DNA from: an uncultured archaeon
GTDB taxonomy: Archaea > Hadarchaeota > Hadarchaeia > Hadarchaeales > Hadarchaeaceae
DNA: 64,000 bases
Reading direction: 5' to 3'
NCBI GenBank assembly: GCA_937921735.1
Contig: CAKZTQ010000011.1
Coordinates: forward strand, 18,333-82,332
Part shown: piece by piece, positions 33,506-43,437 of the stretch
How the letters are laid out: every line of letters begins with the position of its first letter
How positions within the stretch are numbered: the stretch's first letter is position 1
The notes under the pieces: generated by a model
The model's input: the letters and a program-made list of their open reading frames with translations, nothing else
The model's database searches: none
What the model was told of the DNA's origin: nothing
Position numbers and translations under genes: made by a program

Positions 33506-34891
33506 CTATTCACCATCGTTCGATCCACCCTCAAGCTCGGCGCGGAGAAGCTCGATGATCTCCCTTGGATCCGCTCGCCCCCGGGTCAGCTCCATCACCT
33601 TTCCGGCCAAGAAGTGCAAGGCTTCGCGTTTGCCTGCCAGATAATCCCTAACCGCTTCTTGGTTCGTTTTAATCGCTTGCTCGATCGCAGCCCGAAGCTC
33701 GGCACTTTCGATTCGCCCGAGGCCCAACCTCTGCGCTATCAGGCGTGGGCCATCCGGCTTCTTCACCAGCTCCCTTAGCACGAGCTCTCCTTGTTCGGGA
33801 GTTACCTCGCCTTCCTTCACCATCCGCAGGAGCTCCACCATTTGCCCTGGCGTGAACCTCACCTCCGCCGCGCGCAGCTTCATGTAGTTGAGGACCTTCT
33901 TCAGCTTCGTCCTGAACCAGCTAGCCGTGAGCTTTGGGTCCACGCTCGCCGCGATGGCCTCGAACAAGTCCGCCAGCTCCCGCTCGCTGACTATTACGCT
34001 CGCCGTCGAGGGCTCGATGCCGTACTGCTCCACCAACCTTCGCTCCCTCAAGTGCGGGGGCTCCACCATGCTGGCTCTGATCCTCTCCACGCGGGCCCTG
34101 TCGATGATGAGCGGGAAGATGTCAGGGTCGGGGATGTAGCGGTAGTCCTCCTCCAGCTCCTTGGCGCGCATGGGCATGGTTATCCGCTGGCTCTCCAGAT
34201 AGGCCCGAGTTTCCCTCGTCACGGTCTCGCCTCGATCGAGCTTAGCCTTCTGCCGCATGACCTCAAACTTTATCGCTCGGTAGGCGCCCTTGATCGAGTT
34301 TATGTTCTTCACTTCCACTCGAGCTCCACCTTCGATGGAGATGTTGGTGTCGGCCCGCATCGCTCCGCCCGCCTCCGGTCGCACCTTGCCGGAGTATTCA
34401 AGGACGCGCACGAGTTGCCTCAGGAACCTCCTCGCCTCCTCCGGCGAGCGCATGTCCGGCTCCGTGACTATCTCCACGAGCGGCACGCCCGAACGGTTGA
34501 AATCGACGAGCCCAGAAGTGGGGTCATATTGTCCGGGGTCCTCCTCCAAGTGGACCTCCCTTATCCTTACCCCACCAAGCTCTCCTCCTACGGCTATCGG
34601 AGAGCTCGTCCTCTGGTACCCGCTAGGCAGGTCGGGATAATCGTAGTGCTTTCGCTGGATGTAAATGGGACGGTCGACGACGATCTCGCAGCCCAGCATT
34701 AGCGCGATCTCTATCGCCGCGTCCACCGCCTGCTCGTTGGGGGGCAAGGGCTTGGCACCTGGTAGGCCGGCGCAAATGGGACAAATGTTCGTGTTGGGAG
34801 GGGCATCTCGGTAGTCCGTCGGGCAATCGCAGTACATCTTCCGCTTCGTCGCTAGCTGCTGGTGGACCTCGAACCCTATCATCATCTTCAT
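33506..34891 (-). CDS. gatB: Asp/Glu-tRNA amidotransferase subunit B
   Basis: 461 aa. GFEVHQQL...KMYCDCP and DFNRSGVPLVEIVTEPD motifs. Confidence 0.9.
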   Translation of the reverse strand: MKMMIGFEVHQQLATKRKMYCDCPTDYRDAPPNTNICPICAGLPGAKPLPPNEQAVDAAIEIALMLGCEIVVDRPIYIQRKHYDYPDLPSGYQRTSSPIAVGGELGGVRIREVHLEEDPGQYDPTSGLVDFNRSGVPLVEIVTEPDMRSPEEARRFLRQLVRVLEYSGKVRPEAGGAMRADTNISIEGGARVEVKNINSIKGAYRAIKFEVMRQKAKLDRGETVTRETRAYLESQRITMPMRAKELEEDYRYIPDPDIFPLIIDRARVERIRASMVEPPHLRERRLVEQYGIEPSTASVIVSERELADLFEAIAASVDPKLTASWFRTKLKKVLNYMKLRAAEVRFTPGQMVELLRMVKEGEVTPEQGELVLRELVKKPDGPRLIAQRLGLGRIESAELRAAIEQAIKTNQEAVRDYLAGKREALHFLAGKVMELTRGRADPREIIELLRAELEGGSNDGE

Positions 34892-36258
34892 GCGCTCGCC
34901 TCGAATGCGCGCATCACGCGCAGCACCGCCTTCTCGCCAAGCATCTTGCCCTGAATCTGAAGGCCGACGGGAATTCCGTTGACCTCCCCCGCCTTCACCA
35001 CGCCGCCGCAGATGCCGGCGAGGTTAGCGGGGACGGTGAGATAATCATAAGCGTACATCTCCATGGGCGTTAACTTGGTGCCGAGTTTATGCGGCAGCTT
35101 GGGCACCGTTGGTCCAACTATCACGTCGACCCTTTCAAGCGCCGACATGAGTTCTCTCCTGATCAGGGTTCGCACCTGCAGCGCGCGCTGGTAGTACTTA
35201 CCCCGATACTCCTTACGGCTGATGTAGCGCCCCCTGATGATCCTCCTTAGCACCTCCTCGCCGCACACTTCCTCGATCCGCTTGCCGTACTTTCGCCCGT
35301 CGAACTTGCGAGTCGCGGAGAAGAACTCCACCGACATGATGAGGTAGTAGGCGGGCAAGCCCTTCTCGAGATGCGGGAGGTCCACCTCGACTATCTCCGC
35401 TCCCAGATCGTGGAGCTTCTCTATGGCCCCATCGATGACCTCCATCACCCCAAGCTCCGTGAGTTCCTCGAACTTCGGGCTCACTCCTATGCGCATACCC
35501 CTTATGTCCACGTTTAGCTCATCGGCTAGCTCGACGCCTCGCACATCGAGCATCACGCATTCGTTTGGATTTCGACCAGCGATCACCTCTAGCAAAAGCG
35601 CGGCGCCGTAGACGTCGGGAGAAAGAGGCCCTATTTGATCTAAACTCATGGCGAGGTCTATTAGCCCCTGCCTGGGCACCAATCCGTAGGTCGGCTTGAG
35701 CCCGACGATGCCGCAGTGGCTGGCGGGGTTTCTAATGGAGCCTCCCGTGTCGGTGCCCAAACATAGGTCGCACATGCCGGCCGCAATTGCAGCGGCGCTG
35801 CCGCTGCTCGAGCCACCTGGTATGTGCCCAAGCGCGGCTGGGTTATCGGTGGGGCCAAAAGCGCTCGTCTCTCCAGAGGAGCCGCAAGCGAACTCGTCCA
35901 TGTTCGTCATGCCTATGATTATACCGTCGGCCGCCTTCACGCGACGGATGACCTCGGCATCGTAAGTTGCGACGTAGTTTTCCAGGGTCTTGGAGGCACA
36001 GGTCGCGCGCAGGCCGAGCACATTTATGTTTGACTTCACGCCTATGGTGAGTCCAGCCAGCTTGCCGAGTCGCTCGCCCTTCTTGAGCTTTCGCTCGAGC
36101 TCCTCGGCTTGCGCGCGGGCTTCAGGGTTTACCTCGATGAAGGCATTGATTTTAGGGTTCAGTTTCTCTATCCGCTCGAGCGCCCTTTCTACGTTTTCGA
36201 CTATCGAGAGCTCACCTCTACGTATTGCCTCTAGCTTCTCTTTCGTCACCTCGTCCAC
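34888..36258 (-). CDS. gatA: Asp/Glu-tRNA amidotransferase subunit A
   Basis: 456 aa. Amidase signature GGSSSGSAAAIAAGMCDLCLGTDTGGSIR. Confidence 0.9.
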   Translation of the reverse strand: MDEVTKEKLEAIRRGELSIVENVERALERIEKLNPKINAFIEVNPEARAQAEELERKLKKGERLGKLAGLTIGVKSNINVLGLRATCASKTLENYVATYDAEVIRRVKAADGIIIGMTNMDEFACGSSGETSAFGPTDNPAALGHIPGGSSSGSAAAIAAGMCDLCLGTDTGGSIRNPASHCGIVGLKPTYGLVPRQGLIDLAMSLDQIGPLSPDVYGAALLLEVIAGRNPNECVMLDVRGVELADELNVDIRGMRIGVSPKFEELTELGVMEVIDGAIEKLHDLGAEIVEVDLPHLEKGLPAYYLIMSVEFFSATRKFDGRKYGKRIEEVCGEEVLRRIIRGRYISRKEYRGKYYQRALQVRTLIRRELMSALERVDVIVGPTVPKLPHKLGTKLTPMEMYAYDYLTVPANLAGICGGVVKAGEVNGIPVGLQIQGKMLGEKAVLRVMRAFEASA

Positions 36259-36500
36259 CTAGCCACCTCCACGCGAATATTGCCATCCTCGTCCGTGCTG
36301 GGGGCTATCGCGAGGAATCGCCTACGGAAGTCCCTTCTCGCCTCTTCCGAGGATGGCTCCCCGTCCGGGCGAAGGACGTTATATGCTTCGTGGCTGTAAT
36401 AGGTCTCCACCTCGCTGGGCATGTCCTTCGTTGCCTCAACGAATGATTTGATTATTTCTTCCGCGCTGAGCTCCACCTCATCTTCCCTTCGCTCGGCCAT
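36246..36500 (-). CDS. gatC: Asp/Glu-tRNA amidotransferase subunit C
   Basis: 84 aa. Overlaps the gatA start. LRPDGEPSSEE ... FLAIAPSTDEDGNIRV resembles the GatC C-terminus. Confidence 0.65.
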   Translation of the reverse strand: MAERREDEVELSAEEIIKSFVEATKDMPSEVETYYSHEAYNVLRPDGEPSSEEARRDFRRRFLAIAPSTDEDGNIRVEVARWTR

Positions 36501-36569
36501 CTACGCCCCTCGCGTATCTATGTTTCCTAAAGTTTAAACATCATAGCGGTGAAGTCTACAACGGAGAAC

Positions 36570-36720
36570 AATGGGCTACGACGTCGTCACCTGTCCAAAT
36601 TGTGGTTTCAGGTTCAGCAAGTCCTATGCGCGGATAACGGCCTGCAGAGGATGCCCAATGTCGGTTTCCTCCTGCGCTAGCATAAAATGCCCGAAATGTG
36701 GTCACGAATTTCAAGTTTGA
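36570..36720 (+). pseudogene. small zinc-ribbon gene split by a 1-nt frameshift in an A3T3 run
   Basis: ATG 36570 (SD ggag, TATA-like aaagtttaaaca upstream) gives MGYDVVTCPN then runs out of frame. The +1 frame from 36601 reads CGFRFSKSYARITACRGCPMSVSSCASIKCPKCGHEFQV*. Confidence 0.5.
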
Positions 36721-36802
36721 GTTCCGGTTCAAACTGGGAACCGAGGAAGACAGGCAGCATCGCAAGGGACATAACCTCAGAATTTCAATATTAAGTGAGA
36801 TC

Positions 36803-37846
36803 ATGAAAAAACCCGCGAGATTTTGGGAGGGACTGCCTGATAAAAAGGTCCAGTGCACGCTCTGTTCGCGAAACTGCGTTATACCGCCAGGTAAGCTGGG
36901 TGCATGTCGAGCGAGGAAGAACGAAGGCGGCGAGTTGTACAGCTTAGTCTACGGCTCGATAGTATCGATGGCAGCAGACCCGATCGAGAAGAAGCCCCTC
37001 TATCATTTTTGGCCGGGCTCAAGCGTTTTTTCCATCGCCGCACCGGGCTGCAATTTCAGATGCGCCCACTGCCAGAATTGGAGTATCTCCCAAGCGAGCA
37101 TCGACGAGCTGCCGTGCGACGAGCTCTCGCCGGAGCGATTGATCGAGTTGACCAAGCGCTACGGCTGCAGGGGCGTGGCTCACACCTACACGGAGCCCAC
37201 CCTCTGGACGGAGTATGCCATCGACGTCGGGAAGCTCGCCCACCGTGAGGACCTGTACAACGTTTACGTGACGAATGGCTACATCTCGCTCGAGGCCCTC
37301 GAGGAGCTCCGCCCATACTTGGACGCGGCGAACGTCGACGTCAAGGCCTTCACCGACGATTTCTATCGCAGGATCTGTGGGGTGCCGAGCATCCGCCCGG
37401 TGTTGGAGGCTTGCGAGTGGATGGTCGATCACGGCATACACCTCGAGACCACCTACTTGATCATCCCCCGCGAGAACGATGACCCAAAGGAGATCAGGGA
37501 GTTCTGCAGGTGGGAGGTGAAAGAGCTCGGGCCGGAGGTGCCTACACACTTCAGCCGCTTTTACCCTCACTACAAGATGGTGGACCGCTCCCCGACGCCA
37601 GTCGAGACGCTCGAGCGGGCGGTGAAAATTGCTAAGGAAGAGGGGCTGAAGCACGTCTACATAGGCAACGTGCCTGGCCATGAGGCGGATAACACTTATT
37701 GCCCGAGCTGCGGCGAGCTGCTGATCGAGCGCTACGGGTTCGAGGTTACACGCTATTCGCTGAAGGACAAGCGTTGCCCCAAGTGCGGCGCGAAGGTAAA
37801 CATCGTAGGCGAGCACGTGCCGGGAACGAGCTGGTTTGGTATATGA
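36803..37846 (+). CDS. AmmeMemoRadiSam-system radical SAM enzyme (PflA-like activase family)
   Basis: FWEGLPDKKVQCTLCSRNC...GACRARKN and the radical SAM cluster motif CNFRCAHCQNW. ATG at 36803 lies inside the longer ORF from 36698. Confidence 0.8.
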   Translation: MKKPARFWEGLPDKKVQCTLCSRNCVIPPGKLGACRARKNEGGELYSLVYGSIVSMAADPIEKKPLYHFWPGSSVFSIAAPGCNFRCAHCQNWSISQASIDELPCDELSPERLIELTKRYGCRGVAHTYTEPTLWTEYAIDVGKLAHREDLYNVYVTNGYISLEALEELRPYLDAANVDVKAFTDDFYRRICGVPSIRPVLEACEWMVDHGIHLETTYLIIPRENDDPKEIREFCRWEVKELGPEVPTHFSRFYPHYKMVDRSPTPVETLERAVKIAKEEGLKHVYIGNVPGHEADNTYCPSCGELLIERYGFEVTRYSLKDKRCPKCGAKVNIVGEHVPGTSWFGI

Positions 37847-37970
37847 AACCTCTTGCGCAGTTTCGTTCGCAGCAGGGTTTTTACAGCGAGCCCGTAGCTC
37901 GTCGGGCGGCACAAATCATCAAAAACCTCGGAGGCAGTTCCCATCATCGCGCGTTGATATCTCAGGGGGT

Positions 37971-39323
37971 TCACGACAGCTTCCGAATGCACGCCCTGAG
38001 CTCTCGCATCCCTAACCTAGCGAGTTCCTCGGCTCGTCGGGCAACGCGGGCCTCGGCGAAGCATCTGAAGATGGGCTCGGTGCCGGAGGGGCGCAGGAGG
38101 AGCCAACCGTCCTCGAAGTCCACGCGGAGCCCGTCGGTGCGGTCGAGTTCGTAGCCCGAGAAGCGTTTTTCCAAGGCCTTCAGCACCCTCACCTTCAGCC
38201 TGTCAGGACATCCCACCTTGAGCTTTCGCTGGTGGTATTGGGGCAAAGTCTCGTCGAGCTCGGACATTTTCATCCCACTCGACGCGAGCATCTCCACCAG
38301 CTTCGCCGCGGTTAGGATGCCGTCGCGGCAGGGCGTCCAATCGAAGAACATCACGCCTCCGTTCTCCTCCCCGCCGATGTCGCCGCCGTGCCTTCTGAAG
38401 TACTCGACGATCGCCGGCTCCCCCACTTTCGTGCGCACCACCTCGCCATCAAGCCTCGCCGCGACGTCATCGATCACCGAGCTCGTCGCCACCGTGGTCA
38501 CTATCTTAGGCCCCTTCCGCTCGCGGAGGTGTTGGAGCGCCACGAGCGCGAACACGCGATCGCCAGTCAGCACCTCCCCTCTCTCGTTAACAGCTATCGT
38601 GCGGTCCGCGTCGCCGTCGTGAGCTATGCCTAAGTCCGCGCCGCAGGCGACGACCGCCTTTGCTAGCTCCTTTAGGTTCTCGGGCGAGGGCTCAGCGGGC
38701 CTACCGGGGAAGCGGCCGTCTAGCTGGCAGTTGAGCGAGATCACCTCACAGCCGAGCTTCGACAGCAGGGCTGGCGTGGCCACGCTGCCGGCGGCGTTGG
38801 CGCAATCGACCACGACCTTCAACCTCCGCTCGACCTTAGGAATGGTAGCTAGGATAGCTCGCAGGTAGGGCATAAGGGCATCCGCCGAGCGACAGCCGCC
38901 GATGCGATGCCAGGCCACGCGCCTCCATGCTTTAGCCGAGATGATCTCCTCGATCTCGAGCTCCCTGGACCTTTCGAAGCCCGCTCCGTCGGAACCCCAG
39001 AACTTTATGCCGTTGTACTCCGGTGGGTTGTGCGAGGCGGTTATCATCACGCCAGCGTCGCAGCCGAGGTGCTTGATCGCAAACGAGAGCACCGGCGTGG
39101 GCACCATGCCAAGCTTCACGACGTCGCAGCCACCAGCCGTCAGACCGGCTACGACCGCATGCTCAAGCATCTCACTCGACGTCCGGTTATCGTGACCTAC
39201 CGCGACCACGCCTCGGTTTCGGAGATGGGTTGCCAGCGCAGCGCCCAGCTCAAAAGCCAGCTTGGGCGTGAGCTCGAGGTTAGAGACGCCGCGCACGCCA
39301 AAGGTGCCGAAGAGCTTTGGCAT
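37971..39323 (-). CDS. phosphohexomutase (phosphoglucosamine/phosphomannomutase family)
   Basis: MPKLFGTFGVRG..., active-site loop ITASHNPPEYNGIKF, metal loop AHDGDADR. The longest ORF reaches 39368. Confidence 0.85.
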   Translation of the reverse strand: MPKLFGTFGVRGVSNLELTPKLAFELGAALATHLRNRGVVAVGHDNRTSSEMLEHAVVAGLTAGGCDVVKLGMVPTPVLSFAIKHLGCDAGVMITASHNPPEYNGIKFWGSDGAGFERSRELEIEEIISAKAWRRVAWHRIGGCRSADALMPYLRAILATIPKVERRLKVVVDCANAAGSVATPALLSKLGCEVISLNCQLDGRFPGRPAEPSPENLKELAKAVVACGADLGIAHDGDADRTIAVNERGEVLTGDRVFALVALQHLRERKGPKIVTTVATSSVIDDVAARLDGEVVRTKVGEPAIVEYFRRHGGDIGGEENGGVMFFDWTPCRDGILTAAKLVEMLASSGMKMSELDETLPQYHQRKLKVGCPDRLKVRVLKALEKRFSGYELDRTDGLRVDFEDGWLLLRPSGTEPIFRCFAEARVARRAEELARLGMRELRACIRKLS

Positions 39324-39352
39324 GGTCCTCGCGCAATGGTTGGCGGCGCACG

Positions 39353-39360
39353 TATTAAAT
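39353..39360. promoter_or_regulatory. shared AT-rich TATA-like element between the divergent phosphohexomutase gene and tRNA-Arg(TCT)
   Basis: tattaaat is ~27 nt upstream of the tRNA 5' end and ~33 nt upstream of the ATG at 39323 on the other strand. Confidence 0.35.
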
Positions 39361-39382
39361 CGTTGCACGTCGAGTTTTAACT

Positions 39383-39457
39383 TGGGCCCGTGGCCTAGCC
39401 AGGATAAGGCGGCAGCCTTCTAAGCTGCAAATCGCGGGTTCGAATCCCGCCGGGCCC
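39383..39457 (+). tRNA. tRNA-Arg (anticodon TCT)
   Basis: Same cloverleaf as the 18579 copy, with loop CTTCTAA. No encoded CCA. T-run follows. Confidence 0.9.
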
Positions 39458-39523
39458 GCTAGTTTTTAAGCGACTCCAAGCTAAATATCACGAGTCGCCG
39501 GGCATGGGTCAGAGGAAGATGAC

Positions 39524-41056
39524 ATGCCGGAGATCGAAGGTTACGCGAAGCGCTTTGTCAAAGGGAGCACTGTGGTCCTGATTGCGCTGGTGGCATCAGG
39601 ATTCATGGGTTTCCTTCTGCGCGTGCTCCTCGCGCGCTCGTTGGATGTGGCAGAATATGGACTGTTCTATGCTGCTTTTTCCTTGGTTTCGATCTTTGGC
39701 ATGTTTAGAGACTTGGGAGTCGGACAGGCGCTAGTGAAGCACATTCCCGAGTTTGCGATCAAGAAACAGTTTGGCGAGATTAAGTCTTCGATAAAAATCC
39801 TTGTCTTCCTCCAAGTCCTACTTACGTTCCCCATCGGTTTTTCCCTGTTTTTCCTGTCTGACCGGATTGCATTGACCGTTTTTGGGACAGCTGGTGCCTC
39901 AAATGTTATAAAAATCCTTGGAATATGGTTTTTTTCCATGACGTTTTTCTACACCTTCCAGCCCGCGCTTCAAGGGCTTCAAGATATGCCGATGTATGCA
40001 TGCATAGAGTTTTGCAATATTTTTTTCGTCCTCCTCTTCGCCATTTTGCTTGTCGGTGTTCTACGATTGGGCCTAGGTGGCGTCGCATTTTCGTATTTGG
40101 CTAGCTCTTTTGCGCTAGCGATCCTGTGTTTGATCATCTTCTTAAAGAAATATCCCCACATTTTTACAGTAAAAGCTACCGTCTCTAAGCAGTTAACGTT
40201 AAAATTGCTTAAATTCGCTTTGCCGATTTTCCTTAGCGGTCTGGGGATATTTGTCCTAACTTATACAGATACAATCATGATAGCGATATTTCGGACGATG
40301 GAAGAAGTCGGTTTCTACCAGGCCGCCCAGCCGGCTGCTCGCGCACTGTGGTACCTACCCATGGCTTTGACAGCGGTTCTTTTCCCGATGATTTCTGAGT
40401 TATGGGTGAAGCGCGAACAAAAGATCTTAGGCCAAACGTTGCACTTTACGATCAAATTTTCGATTATTTTGATAATGCTTCCGGCCCTTATCCTCATAGC
40501 TTTTCCTGAGATATTCATTCGCATATTTTTCGGCCCCTTATATCTGCCGGGATGTGTTACGCTCCAGATTCTCGCAGGCGCGATGATAATTACGACACTT
40601 TACTCTGTATTTCAATATACTATGGCTGGAATTGGAAAGCCGATTGTGACAACAAAGGTCATGGCTGTTATCGCTTCGCTTAATGTAATCGCAAACCTAA
40701 TTTTGATACCCCGTTACGGCATCGAGGGTGCGGCTACAGCAACCCTCGCGTCGCAGTTCGTGGGGCTCGTATTGATGCTCCGCTACGCGCTAAGAACAAT
40801 TAAGTTTGCGATGCCGACGATATCTACACTCAAAACAGTGGTAGGAGGATTATTTTCCCTGCTGTTAATCTTTGGGTTAAAGTCCGTTATTGAATTGCCT
40901 TCCTGGCTTGAACTTTTCGTGGTCATCATACCAAGTCTGTTCTTTTATGTAGCGTGGGTTCTTTTGGTGAGAGCCTTGACTTTAAATGACTTAGAACTAT
41001 TAGAGAAAGTCGGCCTTCCGATGAAGAAGGTCATCAAATGGTTAAAAAGCCTTTAA
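39524..41056 (+). CDS. MOP-superfamily polysaccharide/oligosaccharide flippase (Wzx-like)
   Basis: 510 aa with ~14 hydrophobic segments. Polysacc_synt-type organisation. First gene of the AT-rich cassette. Confidence 0.7.
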   Translation: MPEIEGYAKRFVKGSTVVLIALVASGFMGFLLRVLLARSLDVAEYGLFYAAFSLVSIFGMFRDLGVGQALVKHIPEFAIKKQFGEIKSSIKILVFLQVLLTFPIGFSLFFLSDRIALTVFGTAGASNVIKILGIWFFSMTFFYTFQPALQGLQDMPMYACIEFCNIFFVLLFAILLVGVLRLGLGGVAFSYLASSFALAILCLIIFLKKYPHIFTVKATVSKQLTLKLLKFALPIFLSGLGIFVLTYTDTIMIAIFRTMEEVGFYQAAQPAARALWYLPMALTAVLFPMISELWVKREQKILGQTLHFTIKFSIILIMLPALILIAFPEIFIRIFFGPLYLPGCVTLQILAGAMIITTLYSVFQYTMAGIGKPIVTTKVMAVIASLNVIANLILIPRYGIEGAATATLASQFVGLVLMLRYALRTIKFAMPTISTLKTVVGGLFSLLLIFGLKSVIELPSWLELFVVIIPSLFFYVAWVLLVRALTLNDLELLEKVGLPMKKVIKWLKSL

Positions 41057-41098
41057 CACGTTTGATAATCTAATTTCATAACTCCCTACTATTTTTAA

Positions 41099-42415
41099 AT
41101 GCTATCGCATATCTTATCCTTAGGGAAAAAATTGCAATTGCTTGATAAAATAAAAAACAAGCAATTCACGATGGCGGTATTCGGATTAGGACGAGTTGGT
41201 TTACCGTTCTCTTTGATTTTTGCAGCGAGAAATGTAAAAGTGATCGGAGTAGATGTAGATGCCACTATTGTGGAACGATTAAAAAAAGGTATTACTACAA
41301 TTCGTGAAGCGGGTATAGAAGAACTTTTGAAAAAAGTCATGTCAGAACAAAAGTTTATAGTTACTGTCGACGCCAAGGGAGCCGTAGACGAAGCGGACGT
41401 TATAGTTGTAACGGTAGGTACTCCTCTAACGCACGACCTCAGGCCAGATTTTAGCCAGCTTCACCAAGCGTTAGAGATGATATCGAGCCGGTCGATAAGT
41501 GGGAAGTTGATTATACTTAGGAGCACGGTTCCGCCGAGGACCACCGAAGAAGTGGTGTGTAAGCTTCTGAAAGAAAGGACAGGCTTAGAAGTTGGACGAG
41601 ATTTTTATTTGACTTACTGCCCCGAGAGAATTTTAGAGGGTAGAGCATTAGAAGAGTTGGAGACCCTTCCAGAGATCATAGGCGGCGTCGATTCGGCGAG
41701 CTCGATTATAGCAGCCGAGTTATTCAAAATAGTAAATCCTAAAAAGAGGACCATAATTACTTCTGCCAAAACGGCAGAATTGGCGAAACTTTTCTCGAAC
41801 ATATATAGGTATGTCAACTTTGCTTTGGCGAATCAATTCGCCTTGATAGCCGAGTATTATGGAGCAGATGCATACGAAATCATAAAAGTAGCTAACCAAG
41901 ATTACAAACGAGCTAATATTCCGATACCGGGCCCAAGCGGCGGCCCATGTTTATACAAAGATGGATACATGCTCAATTATACCCCATTCATTGACTTCAT
42001 CAAATCGGCATGGCATTTAAACGAAAGCATACCTTTACATATGGTGAATCGAACAAAAGAAAAAGTTGGATGTTTATTCGGTTTAAAGGTCGCGTTGCTC
42101 GGTCTTGCCTTTAAGGCAGATGTCGATGATACTAGACAATCGCCGGCAGTTAAGTTGCTCAACGCGCTCAAGGCGGAGGGCTGCGAGGTCGCAGTACACG
42201 ATCCATATATTGCTTCTGCTCCAATCGAATCGGTTCTTTCCAACGCAGATATTGTGATATTAGCCGTTAATCATTCGCAATTCAAGGACTTAACTTGCCA
42301 ATACATCGCGAAGTTGGCCAAACCCAGAGCTTTGCTCGTGGATTGCTGGGGCTTCTTTGAGCCTGATAATGTAAGAAAAGCTGGAATGAGGTATCTCGGC
42401 TTAGGTAGGGGATAA
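41099..42415 (+). CDS. nucleotide-sugar 6-dehydrogenase (UDP-glucose/GDP-mannose dehydrogenase family)
   Basis: 438 aa. Rossmann motif AVFGLGRVGLP and catalytic-Cys region SGGPCLYKDG. Confidence 0.8.
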   Translation: MLSHILSLGKKLQLLDKIKNKQFTMAVFGLGRVGLPFSLIFAARNVKVIGVDVDATIVERLKKGITTIREAGIEELLKKVMSEQKFIVTVDAKGAVDEADVIVVTVGTPLTHDLRPDFSQLHQALEMISSRSISGKLIILRSTVPPRTTEEVVCKLLKERTGLEVGRDFYLTYCPERILEGRALEELETLPEIIGGVDSASSIIAAELFKIVNPKKRTIITSAKTAELAKLFSNIYRYVNFALANQFALIAEYYGADAYEIIKVANQDYKRANIPIPGPSGGPCLYKDGYMLNYTPFIDFIKSAWHLNESIPLHMVNRTKEKVGCLFGLKVALLGLAFKADVDDTRQSPAVKLLNALKAEGCEVAVHDPYIASAPIESVLSNADIVILAVNHSQFKDLTCQYIAKLAKPRALLVDCWGFFEPDNVRKAGMRYLGLGRG

Positions 42416-42417
42416 TA

Positions 42418-43389
42418 GTGATCCTAGTTGCGGGTGGTGCGGGATTTATCGGCAGCCATCTCGTGGACAAGCTCATAGAGGAAGGATACACGGTTCGAGT
42501 AGCAGATGACTTCAGCAAAGGCCGCCGGGAGAACATAGCGCATCATGAAGGGAAACCTAACTTCGAAGTGGTGCATGCAGATTTCACCGATTATAAAAAT
42601 TGCGAGAAAGTAACAAAAGATGTTAACGTCATGTTTCTGTTGGCCAGCAAGATAGGGGGAATTGGCTATTTTCACAGGTATCCGGCAGAGATCTTGGATG
42701 AAAACACCAAAATAGTATCGAATCTATTAAACGCAGCTCGGAAAACCGACATCGAAAGGGTCCTGTACATTTCCTCCAGCATGGTATTCGAAAGGACAAG
42801 AATATTCCCCACTCCAGAGCGAGCGCTAGAGGAAACCCCCGTACCTATGACCTCATATGGTTTTTCAAAGTTGGTCGGAGAATGGTTCTGTCGGGCTTTT
42901 TGGGAGGAATACGGTCTTAAGTATACCATTCTCCGCCCATTCAATTGCGTGGGGCCGAGAGAACATCCCGAAGAGGAACCAGGTATGGCTCACGTTATAC
43001 CGGACTTAACGAAAAAAATCCTGCGAGGAGATTACCCCCTAGAGATATACGGCGATGGTCTGCAGACTAGATGTTTTACGAACGTCAAAGATGCCGTCCG
43101 GGCATTTGCCCTCGCCATGAGAGAAAAGAAGGCCGTGTGTGAGGATTTCAACATAGGTAATCCAGAGGAAACGCGGATAAAAGACCTAGCGGAGATGTTA
43201 TGGAAAATATGCGGCAGAAGAGAACCTCTCAAATTAAAGCATTTGCCACCTTTTGAGCACGATGTGCAGAGAAGGGTCCCAGAGATCACGAAAGCTAGGA
43301 AAATATTGAAATGGGAACCACGCATACCGCTTAAAAAAACTCTCCAAGAATATGTTGAATGGTATAAGAGAGTTGTAGATAAAAATTAA
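42418..43389 (+). CDS. NAD-dependent nucleotide-sugar epimerase/dehydratase (extended SDR)
   Basis: 323 aa. [15 protein letters not shown] and catalytic YGFSK (YxxxK). Confidence 0.8.
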   Translation: MILVAGGAGFIGSHLVDKLIEEGYTVRVADDFSKGRRENIAHHEGKPNFEVVHADFTDYKNCEKVTKDVNVMFLLASKIGGIGYFHRYPAEILDENTKIVSNLLNAARKTDIERVLYISSSMVFERTRIFPTPERALEETPVPMTSYGFSKLVGEWFCRAFWEEYGLKYTILRPFNCVGPREHPEEEPGMAHVIPDLTKKILRGDYPLEIYGDGLQTRCFTNVKDAVRAFALAMREKKAVCEDFNIGNPEETRIKDLAEMLWKICGRREPLKLKHLPPFEHDVQRRVPEITKARKILKWEPRIPLKKTLQEYVEWYKRVVDKN

Positions 43390-43437
43390 AGCATAATCAC
43401 AAAATTAGATCAAAATCAACAAATTTGGGGGAAGATC

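Noticed and set aside
33791-34702. Long antisense ORFs of 200-300 aa. Examples are 33791..34702(+) opposite gatB, 37019..37912(-) opposite the radical SAM gene, 14332..15069(+) opposite aglB, and 17579..18355(-) and 16697..17377(-) opposite the PIN-ATPase.
   Set aside because: They lie exactly opposite genes with clear family motifs. They are Arg/Pro/Gly/His-rich and low in complexity, and are expected in stop-codon-poor GC-rich DNA. No recognisable domains.
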